Notes under the pieces: model-generated
What the model was told of the DNA's origin: nothing
What the model saw: the letters and a program-made list of their open reading frames with translations, nothing else
Databases searched by the model: none
In this document: piece after piece, positions 28,612 to 36,029 of the stretch
How the letters are laid out: the number at the start of each line of letters is the position of its first letter
Position numbering within the stretch: the first letter of the stretch is position 1
Position numbers and translations under genes: made by a program
From: Bacteroidia bacterium
GTDB taxonomy: Bacteria > Bacteroidota > Bacteroidia > AKYH767-A > JBBKVM01
Assembly: GCA_037968415.1 (NCBI GenBank)
Contig: JBBKVM010000002.1
Span: forward strand, 6,030 to 70,029
Direction: 5' to 3'
Length of the DNA: 64,000 nucleotides

Positions 28612-29226
28612 ATGAAGAAAAGAATCCTTGTAATGCCGGCATTGATAGCAATTTTGACGCTCAGCGCATTTGTTGCCGTAAGCACATTGCATACCGATGT
28701 ATATGTAGTGGACACCAAAGCCTCCACATTAAACTGGACAGGTAAAAAATTCACGGGCCAGCATTCAGGCACAATCAATATTAGCAGTGGAAAGTTGCTC
28801 GACAACCACGGAACCATGTCAGGCTCAATTGTCATTGATATGTCCAGCATTAACAACACTGATCAGGAAGGAGGCATGAAAGGTAAATTGGAAGGCCATC
28901 TTAAATCAGCCGACTTTTTTGATGTGGTTACATACCCTACTGCAACCTTTGTAATCAAATCGATTGTACCGGTAGCAGAAAAGAAAGACGCTCATACACA
29001 TACCATAAGCGGTGACCTCACTATTAAAGACAAGACCAACCCACTTTCTTTTGACGCGGTTTACAAAAACGGAGAGACCGGCATGATCTGGTCAGGAACC
29101 GCAACCATTGACCGTTCAAAATATGATGTGAAATACGGTTCAAAAACATTTTTTGCCGATATCGGAGACAAAGTCATTTATGACGACTTCGATGTACAGT
29201 TTGTAATAGTGGCAAATCAAAAGTAA
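28612..29226 (+). CDS. YceI-like periplasmic polyisoprenoid-binding protein
   Basis: Signal peptide plus the YceI pattern (YVVDTKASTLNWTGKKF...HSGTI......MSGSIVIDMSSINT......LKSADFFDVVTYPTATFV...GDLTIKDKTNPLSF). Confidence 0.75.
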   Translation: MKKRILVMPALIAILTLSAFVAVSTLHTDVYVVDTKASTLNWTGKKFTGQHSGTINISSGKLLDNHGTMSGSIVIDMSSINNTDQEGGMKGKLEGHLKSADFFDVVTYPTATFVIKSIVPVAEKKDAHTHTISGDLTIKDKTNPLSFDAVYKNGETGMIWSGTATIDRSKYDVKYGSKTFFADIGDKVIYDDFDVQFVIVANQK

Positions 29227-29248
29227 GACCACCCACATTTAACGGAGC

Positions 29249-29298
29249 CCTGTCCCCGGGTTGTGAATTTCATTCACAATTCGGGGACAGGTGTTTTT
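29249..29298 (+). terminator. intrinsic terminator after the yceI-like gene
   Basis: CCTGTCCCCGggttgtgaatttcattcacaattCGGGGACAGG then tgttttt: a 10-bp GC stem with a nested inner inverted repeat in the loop, followed by a T-run. Confidence 0.6.
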
Positions 29299-29374
29299 AC
29301 GCTTGTGAGTAACTGTAGATTGGTATAAATTTATTTTTGTTTCTGTTCAAGAATACCCCTCTATTACCTTTCGC

Positions 29375-30988
29375 ATGGAAATCCTTTCCAAAAAAGTCCT
29401 GTCTATCTTCATGGTGTTTGCCATGTTGCATCTGTCGATAAGCTGCACTTCAAAGAAAACATGGGTATATGAAGACTTAAGCAAGGAGCTGACTAAGCAA
29501 GAATTTGTTTCGGCCCAAAACCAGCTTAAGTACATTACTATAAAATCTGGAGGTATTACCGAAACGGTTCAGATTGATGAAATAAACACTATTGAGAATT
29601 ACTTTTTGTGTAAAATAATTCAACCCACTCAACCGAATTCAAAGGACAAGATTTCAAATCAAAAAACAAAAATCAAGGAGGTTCAGATATTTGCCACCAA
29701 CATTGCCCTCAATGACAGTATAATAAAAGTCCCTTTCGGATCCGTGTCAAGAGTCGCGATTACCGAATCTACCGGAAGCAGTGCAGGCAAAACTATTCTG
29801 GCCGTGGTTGGGATTGCAGCTGCCGTTTTTGTATTGGCTCTTGTCATCATTGCATTGACCAAATCTTCATGTCCTTACGTGTATGTGTATGAAGATGGTT
29901 CATACCAATTCAAAGGAGAAATATTTGGAGGCGCCATTTTTTTGCCTCTTGAACGAGAAGATTATTTGACTTTGCTCGAAAACGTGGATTTACATCAAAA
30001 TGGTGAAATCAAGATTCAGATTGCCAATGAACTGCTTGAAAAACAGTACACCAATCTGGCTGAGGTTATAGTAGTGGAGCATGAACCAAATGCAAAAACA
30101 CGGATTGCCTCAAATGGACAGATTCTCCTTGTGGGCGATCCTATTCCTCCCATCACAGCTACACTAAACGGAATCATTGATATTTCAAAACAGATAGCTT
30201 CTTCTGATTCTCTCGTATGTTACTTTGACCAGGCAAATCTCCAAAACAAGGCTCAATTAGATTTGAAATTTGTGAAGCCCCACAATGCTGCTCAAGCCAA
30301 TTTGCTGCTCACCGCTAAAAATAGCTTGTGGCTTGATTACACTTTTGGAAAGTTTACCAGTTTGTTTGGCTCCTACTACAATCAATGGATTGTAAAGCAG
30401 CGGCATGCAAACAAAGATTCATTGCAACAATGGACTAGACAACAACAATTACCCCTGAAAATTGAATTAAAAATTGACAACCGATGGACTGTTGTAGATG
30501 AAATTCCAACCATTGGTCCGCTGGCCAACAGGGATATGTGTGTACCGCTAAATTTATCAGGATTGTATTCGGACACATTAGAAGTACGCCTTTCATGCGG
30601 ATTTATGTTCTGGGAAGTGGACCAGGTAGCAATAGATTTTACTCCACAAACCGCACTGAGAACCTTCACGCTTAAGCCCACATCAGCCGTGAATGAGAAC
30701 AACAAAGACGTGTTGGCTAATCTGATGTGGGATGATAATTATTACTTAAGTCAACCCAAACCTGGGAATGTTGCCACTATTAAATATTTATGCAAGAATG
30801 GCAAATCAGACAAGAAATATGACGTGTATCTGCATGGCAAAGGTTATTATGAACATGTTAGAGAATATTCGGGAATGCCGGACATAGCATATTTAAAATC
30901 ATTCAAACAGCCTGGCAGTTTTACCAATTTTTCCAGACAACTCTATGATAGGTACCTGAACGAAATGGGTCCGATAGTGGCCAAATAA
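29375..30988 (+). CDS. hypothetical membrane-anchored protein (lipoprotein-type signal, one internal TM helix, ~370-aa C-terminal domain)
   Basis: MEILSKKVLSIFMVFAMLHLSISC lipobox-like start and an internal TM ILAVVGIAAAVFVLALVIIALT. No known motif. The stop lies 3 nt before the radical-SAM start, which suggests translational coupling. Confidence 0.55.
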   Translation: MEILSKKVLSIFMVFAMLHLSISCTSKKTWVYEDLSKELTKQEFVSAQNQLKYITIKSGGITETVQIDEINTIENYFLCKIIQPTQPNSKDKISNQKTKIKEVQIFATNIALNDSIIKVPFGSVSRVAITESTGSSAGKTILAVVGIAAAVFVLALVIIALTKSSCPYVYVYEDGSYQFKGEIFGGAIFLPLEREDYLTLLENVDLHQNGEIKIQIANELLEKQYTNLAEVIVVEHEPNAKTRIASNGQILLVGDPIPPITATLNGIIDISKQIASSDSLVCYFDQANLQNKAQLDLKFVKPHNAAQANLLLTAKNSLWLDYTFGKFTSLFGSYYNQWIVKQRHANKDSLQQWTRQQQLPLKIELKIDNRWTVVDEIPTIGPLANRDMCVPLNLSGLYSDTLEVRLSCGFMFWEVDQVAIDFTPQTALRTFTLKPTSAVNENNKDVLANLMWDDNYYLSQPKPGNVATIKYLCKNGKSDKKYDVYLHGKGYYEHVREYSGMPDIAYLKSFKQPGSFTNFSRQLYDRYLNEMGPIVAK

Positions 30989-30990
30989 AT

Positions 30991-32226
30991 ATGGATTCCA
31001 TTACGATTGTTGCAAGTCGAGTATCTAAAAACACCACGCCCTGGAGTCACATCACATTCTGGCTATTAAAAAGAAAAACAGCTGTGATGCGAAGTATTAG
31101 TTTGTTCAATGCACGGTTTGAGCTCAAAATATTTTTACTGAAACAGTTATTATCGTATTATCGAAATCCATTGACTGTATTGCGAAAGGCAAAATACTTT
31201 GAACAATACAGGAGAAGTGTTCATGGTGACATGCCCATAAATAAATTCAAGAAGGTGGGTGATAAAAAGCATTGGTTTTTGTACGCTCCCGGTTTTCCCT
31301 CCCAAAGTTTTGCTAAAATGATACACTTCGAGTTGAACCGGCTCGAAAAAAAAGACAATCACAAAAATGATTTAAGATTTGTTTTTCTGGCTATTACAAA
31401 TAAGTGTCCGCTCAATTGTGAGCATTGTTTTGAAGGGTTGAATCTGAATAAACCTGAAGTTTATAATTACAATGATTTAGAGCAGATTGTATCCGGGTTA
31501 ATAAAAAAGGGCGTGAGCCAGATTCACCTTAGTGGCGGAGAGCCTATGTTGCGTGTAAATGATATCGTATCACTTTCAAAAAAATACAGCAGTTCCATAG
31601 AATTTTGGGTAGTAACTTCAGGATTCAACGTTACCGAAATGAACGCTATGCGTTTGAAGGAGGCAGGGGTTACAGGACTGGTGGTAAGTATAGATCACTT
31701 CGATGCAGAAGTTCATGACAAATTCAGAAGGAGATCCGGGTCATTTGAAGAAGCAGTCAATGCGATTAAAAATGCGAAGCACAATAATCTGGTCACTGCA
31801 ATCTCTATTTGTGCCACCAAATCGTTTATCAGCGAACATAACCTGTTCGAATATGCACACATGGCATTTCGTATGGGAGTTGAATTTATTCAATTGCTCG
31901 AACCCAGACAGGCAGGCAACTATATTGACAAAGATGTGATGCTACATAAATCACACATCCAGACATTGGAACAATTTTACTTTACAATAGCTACTGACCC
32001 TACTTACCAAAATTATCCCATCATTGTGTATCCAGGCTATTATCAGCGAAAAGCGGGGTGTTTTATGGCCGGGCAGCGCTCACTTTATATTGACACCAAG
32101 GGTGATGTGATGTCATGTCCTTTTTGTCATAATAAATCGGGAAATGTGCTGACAGGAAATATTGATGATTGTATATCTAAAACCAAAGACATCGGTTGTC
32201 ATGATTATTCTGTTTCTTCTTTGTAA
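30991..32226 (+). CDS. radical SAM enzyme with C-terminal SPASM/twitch-like Cys cluster
   Basis: CxxxCxxC at residues ~139-146 (ITNKCPLNCEHCFEG), a SAM-binding GGEP motif (HLSGGEPML) and C-terminal Cys-rich motifs (GCFMAG, SCPFCH, DCISK, GCHD). A roughly 110-130 aa extension precedes the core if the first ATG is used; alternative starts at M81 or M110 would remove it. Confidence 0.75.
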   Translation: MDSITIVASRVSKNTTPWSHITFWLLKRKTAVMRSISLFNARFELKIFLLKQLLSYYRNPLTVLRKAKYFEQYRRSVHGDMPINKFKKVGDKKHWFLYAPGFPSQSFAKMIHFELNRLEKKDNHKNDLRFVFLAITNKCPLNCEHCFEGLNLNKPEVYNYNDLEQIVSGLIKKGVSQIHLSGGEPMLRVNDIVSLSKKYSSSIEFWVVTSGFNVTEMNAMRLKEAGVTGLVVSIDHFDAEVHDKFRRRSGSFEEAVNAIKNAKHNNLVTAISICATKSFISEHNLFEYAHMAFRMGVEFIQLLEPRQAGNYIDKDVMLHKSHIQTLEQFYFTIATDPTYQNYPIIVYPGYYQRKAGCFMAGQRSLYIDTKGDVMSCPFCHNKSGNVLTGNIDDCISKTKDIGCHDYSVSSL

Positions 32227-32235
32227 ATTCGGAAA

Positions 32236-32814
32236 ATGGTTAAGCGGCTTTTTCTCTTATTTGTTTTGAATGCGTTTTTATTTCCCCTCGTTGGAAATAG
32301 CCAAACCACAATTCGCAGACTTGAGAAGAGGCCATACATGGCATCAATCGAATCGAGAATGTTCGATACTCCAATTGTTGGCAGCTTGTATGAAGTAAAT
32401 GACAGCAGTATCGTATTATTAAGGAAAGTAACTTCTTCTCGTTCCACGCTACAGCATCTTCAGTTCAATTACGATGAAATCAATACCCTTAGACTAAAAA
32501 GAAAAAACAGCGTTGCGATGGGGATATTTTTGGGATTTTTAGGTGGTTTCCTTTTGGGCGAGTTTGTTGGATTATCAGCTTTTGAAGATGACGAATGCCA
32601 ATCGTCAGGTCCTATATTATTACAAGTCGTTGCTTGTTCTACTGCTCGCTCAAAAGAATACAAAGCATTATCGCTTGCAGTCGGCTTGGGTATTGGTGGT
32701 GGTTTAATAGGCGGTTTAATCGGAACCCAAAATGATATTTTCTTAATCCACCACGATTACAATCGATGGGCTGAGCTTTCGCCCAGGATAACGCGATACG
32801 CTATCATCCAGTAA
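32236..32814 (+). CDS. hypothetical secreted/membrane protein with Gly-zipper segments
   Basis: Signal peptide MVKRLFLLFVLNAFLFPLVGNSQ and two Gly-rich hydrophobic segments (GIFLGFLGGFLLGEFVGL; LAVGLGIGGGLIGGLIGTQ). It starts 9 nt after the radical-SAM stop. Confidence 0.5.
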   Translation: MVKRLFLLFVLNAFLFPLVGNSQTTIRRLEKRPYMASIESRMFDTPIVGSLYEVNDSSIVLLRKVTSSRSTLQHLQFNYDEINTLRLKRKNSVAMGIFLGFLGGFLLGEFVGLSAFEDDECQSSGPILLQVVACSTARSKEYKALSLAVGLGIGGGLIGGLIGTQNDIFLIHHDYNRWAELSPRITRYAIIQ

Positions 32815-32842
32815 CAGCCTTGATTATTAGTTTACTTCATCA

Positions 32843-33997
32843 TCACCGTATGGTCACCGCGCGCATTACGGCTTCTTCGCCAAAGCGTTTTTTGATGCGG
32901 TCCATGGCCTGGTAGAGGCCGGCCAGGCGCTGGGTGTCTTCAAAAAGATTGATCTGCATGGAGCCTTGCACAAGGTGCGAGAGCCTTACGCCCACCAGCC
33001 GTATGAGCATGCGCCTGCTGTACAACTTGTCGAATAGTTCGTGGGCATGGGCCATCAGCACGTGGTCGGCCGCGGTGTAGGGTATGCGCAGCTGGCGTGT
33101 TTCGGTGTCGAAGTTGGCGTAGCGTATTTTCACCGTGATGCAAGAGGTGAGCCTGTTGCGGCTGCGCAGTTTGAAGGCCAGCTCTTCGGCCATGCCGGTA
33201 AGCAGCGCGCGAATGCCGGTTACATCTATGGTGTCTTTGTCGAAGGTGGTCTCGGTGCTTATGGACTTGCGTTCGCTGTACGCCACCACGGGGCTGTTGT
33301 CTATGCCGTTGGCTTTTTTCCATATCACCGTGCCTGCCTTGCCCAGCACGCGGGCAAGCATCTCGGGCGGCGTGCGCTGTAGCGTGTGTATGGTGGCTAT
33401 GCCCATGCCGCGTAGCAGCCGGAAGGTGGCCTCGCCTATCATGGGTATGCGCGCGATGGAAAGGGGCGAGAGAAAAGTCTTTTCGGTGCCGTGATGTATC
33501 TGTATGCGGCCATCGGGCTTGGCTTCGTTGGTCCCTATTTTAGACACGGTCTTATTGGCCGACAGGCCAAAAGAAATGGGCAGCCCTGTCTCGCGCAGTA
33601 TGCCCGCCTTCAGCTCATCGGTGTACTGCAGGCATCCGTGAAAACGATCCATGCCGGTAAGGTCAATATAAAACTCATCGATAGATGCCTTCTCATACAA
33701 CGGTACACTTTCGGCTATCACCTCGGTAACCAGCCCCGAATAGCGCGAGTAAGCCTCCATGTCGCCACGTATCACCAGTGCATCGGGGCACAACTGGCGC
33801 GCCATGCGCATGGGCATGGCCGAGCGCACGCCATACACGCGCGCCTCGTAGCTGCACGAGGCCACCACGCCCCTGTCGCTGAGGCCACCAATAATAAGCG
33901 GCCGCCCGGCCAGCGCGCTATTACGCAGCCGCTCCACGCTCACAAAAAACGTGTCCAGATCCATGTGTACGATATGCCGCGGCTCACTGCTATGCAT
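32843..33997 (-). CDS. dinB: DNA polymerase IV (Y-family, catalytically competent DinB-like)
   Basis: HMDLDTFFVSVE and SIDEFYIDLT carry the D-D-E catalytic residues in the positions of E. coli DinB (VDMDCFF / SLDEAYLDVT). The size is 384 aa. The gene is GC-rich and divergently arranged from the LexA-like repressor. Confidence 0.8.
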   Translation of the reverse strand: MHSSEPRHIVHMDLDTFFVSVERLRNSALAGRPLIIGGLSDRGVVASCSYEARVYGVRSAMPMRMARQLCPDALVIRGDMEAYSRYSGLVTEVIAESVPLYEKASIDEFYIDLTGMDRFHGCLQYTDELKAGILRETGLPISFGLSANKTVSKIGTNEAKPDGRIQIHHGTEKTFLSPLSIARIPMIGEATFRLLRGMGIATIHTLQRTPPEMLARVLGKAGTVIWKKANGIDNSPVVAYSERKSISTETTFDKDTIDVTGIRALLTGMAEELAFKLRSRNRLTSCITVKIRYANFDTETRQLRIPYTAADHVLMAHAHELFDKLYSRRMLIRLVGVRLSHLVQGSMQINLFEDTQRLAGLYQAMDRIKKRFGEEAVMRAVTIR

Positions 33998-34023
33998 GGG
34001 TAACTCTTTCTTTTTACGACTAT

Positions 34024-34035
34024 ATTATCGTCATT
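34024..34035. promoter_or_regulatory. candidate SOS operator (reverse complement AATGACGATAAT; flanked by the inverted repeat GACTATA-N12-TATAGTC) between dinB and the lexA-like gene
   Basis: It shares 11 of 12 nt with 21755-21766 upstream of dnaE2. It sits in the 120-nt divergent promoter region of the repressor and Pol IV genes. Confidence 0.3.
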
Positions 34036-34118
34036 TTATAGTCAATTAAATTAGCAATTTGTTTGCAAATTTATTACCTTGCACTATAATTTTTTATTCA
34101 CAACAAGGAGGAACACAC

Positions 34119-34922
34119 ATGCTGTATTTTGGAAAAAACACCCAACTGCTGCGCAAGCGCAAAAACAGATCGCAGGAAGAAATGGCCACCGCGCTGGGCA
34201 TTACGCGCACCTCACTCAGCGGATACGAACTGGGCAACAACCAGCCACCCTACGAATTGCTCATCGCCATTTCCGATTATTTTAAGGTACCCGTTGACGT
34301 GCTGCTGCGCACCAGCCTGGCAAAAATGAGCGAGTTCAAACTGAGCGAACTGGAGCGCGGCTATGACCACGCACACATCACCGGATCGCAACTGCGTGTG
34401 CTGGCCACCACCACCGACAGCAACAACACCGAAAACACCGAACTGGTACCCGTAAAAGCCAAGGCCGGCTACACCCGCGGATATGCCGACCCCGATTACA
34501 TAAAAGTACTGCCCGCATTCAGCCTGCCCTTTCTCTCGCGCGAACGCAAGTACCGCACCTTCCCCATCAGTGGCGACTCTATGCCGCCCGTAGCGGACGG
34601 ATCGTGGGTGACAGGTGAATACCTACAGAACTGGAACCACATCAAAAACGGATTGCCATACATCATTGTCACCGCTGACGAAGGCATCGTATTTAAAATG
34701 GTGCACAACCATATTAAAGACAAAGGCTCACTGCTGCTGTGCTCTACCAACCCACTGTACAAGCCTTACGAAATAGCCGTAAGCGATGTGCTCGAAGTAT
34801 GGAAATTCGTACACTTCATAAGTTCCGAACTGCCCGAAAGCAACCAACCACGACAGGACCTCACCACCGCAGTCATCAACCTGCAGAAAGAAGTAGCCCA
34901 GCTAAAAATGAAACTGGACTAA
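34119..34922 (+). CDS. LexA-like SOS repressor (HTH_XRE DNA-binding domain + S24 self-cleaving peptidase domain)
   Basis: N-terminal XRE HTH (EEMATALGITRTSLSGYELGNNQP), an A-G cleavage-site candidate (VKAKAGYT), a catalytic Ser motif GDSM (ISGDSMPPV) and a downstream Lys (VFKMV). The ATG at 34119 is preceded by AAGGAGG; the ORF caller's upstream start at 34059 is unlikely. GC-rich. Confidence 0.75.
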   Translation: MLYFGKNTQLLRKRKNRSQEEMATALGITRTSLSGYELGNNQPPYELLIAISDYFKVPVDVLLRTSLAKMSEFKLSELERGYDHAHITGSQLRVLATTTDSNNTENTELVPVKAKAGYTRGYADPDYIKVLPAFSLPFLSRERKYRTFPISGDSMPPVADGSWVTGEYLQNWNHIKNGLPYIIVTADEGIVFKMVHNHIKDKGSLLLCSTNPLYKPYEIAVSDVLEVWKFVHFISSELPESNQPRQDLTTAVINLQKEVAQLKMKLD

Positions 34923-34983
34923 AATAAAGGTCGCTGGTGCGGCCATTTATTCATAACTTTCGGGCATCAATAGCGAAAGTATA

Positions 34984-35610
34984 ATGGTAATAGTAGGTAT
35001 AGCAGGTGGCACAGGCTCGGGCAAAACAACAGTAGTTCAAAAAATAATGGAGCTGCTGAAAGCGGAAAATGTAGGCGTGCTCCATCAGGATGCATACTAC
35101 AAAGACCAGGGCCATCTGTCGCAGGCCGAAAGGCAACGCCTCAATTTCGATCACCCCGACTCTATTGAATTTGATCTGCTGATCGATCACATTAACAACC
35201 TCAAACATGGCGTGGCTGTGAGTGTGCCAGTGTACTCATACCATACCTGCACAAGAGGCGAAGAAACAATTCCATTTGCACCGCGCGAGGTGGTGATAGT
35301 GGAAGGCATACTCGTGCTGAATCATGCTCCACTAAGAGACCTGATGGATATAAAAGTGTTTGTAGATGCTCCTGCAGACGATCGTTTGGTGCGTGTGATA
35401 AAACGCGACATCATCGAGCGTGGGCGCGATGTAGCCAAAGTGCTGGAGCGTTATGAGCATACGCTGAAATTGATGCACGAACAGTTTATAGAACCAACCA
35501 AACGGCATGCAGACATTATCATACCACAAGGTGGCGAAAACAAAGTAGGTATCAAGGTGCTAAGCAACACCATCCAAATGAACCTAAAAAAATATGCTAC
35601 CGGATATTAA
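34984..35610 (+). CDS. udk: uridine kinase
   Basis: P-loop GIAGGTGSGKTT and full-length similarity to Udk (…HQDAYYKD…NFDHPDS.EFDLL…). Confidence 0.9.
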   Translation: MVIVGIAGGTGSGKTTVVQKIMELLKAENVGVLHQDAYYKDQGHLSQAERQRLNFDHPDSIEFDLLIDHINNLKHGVAVSVPVYSYHTCTRGEETIPFAPREVVIVEGILVLNHAPLRDLMDIKVFVDAPADDRLVRVIKRDIIERGRDVAKVLERYEHTLKLMHEQFIEPTKRHADIIIPQGGENKVGIKVLSNTIQMNLKKYATGY

Positions 35611-35650
35611 ATTTCCCGATAGCATATTCTGTTTTTAGTGAGTAGTTAGA

Positions 35651-36013
35651 TTAGTGTATTTCGTTGCGGTCTATTTTGCAACACTCATCCAACCTGTCAA
35701 AAGCTCTTTTATCAGCCTTCATATCGTCCGCATCATAGCCGGCCATATTGATGGCTTTTTTTATTTTGAGTTCATTGGTTTTCTTCGGATTGTAAATAAT
35801 GGTGGCCAATTGCTTTTTTGCATCAACTTTGGTTGAGATGACTCCCTTTTCATAAGCCATCGCTTTCTCTATCGTCTCGGCACACATGTCACACACAGTC
35901 GACACTTTTATTACCACGGTATCTGGTGTCACCTTTGCTATGGCGGGTTGCACCATTAGCATGTATAGTGCCATCATCATGGTGATTCCAAATAAATTTC
36001 TCAAATTTTTCAT
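35651..36013 (-). CDS. periplasmic heavy-metal-associated (HMA) domain protein
   Basis: Signal peptide plus an HMA-like fold with a CxxC motif (VSTVCDMCAETIEKAM...ISTKVD....ATIIY...........IKKAINMAGYDA) and a C-terminal CC pair. Confidence 0.55.
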   Translation of the reverse strand: MKNLRNLFGITMMMALYMLMVQPAIAKVTPDTVVIKVSTVCDMCAETIEKAMAYEKGVISTKVDAKKQLATIIYNPKKTNELKIKKAINMAGYDADDMKADKRAFDRLDECCKIDRNEIH

Positions 36014-36029
36014 TTTATTCTCTTTTTAG

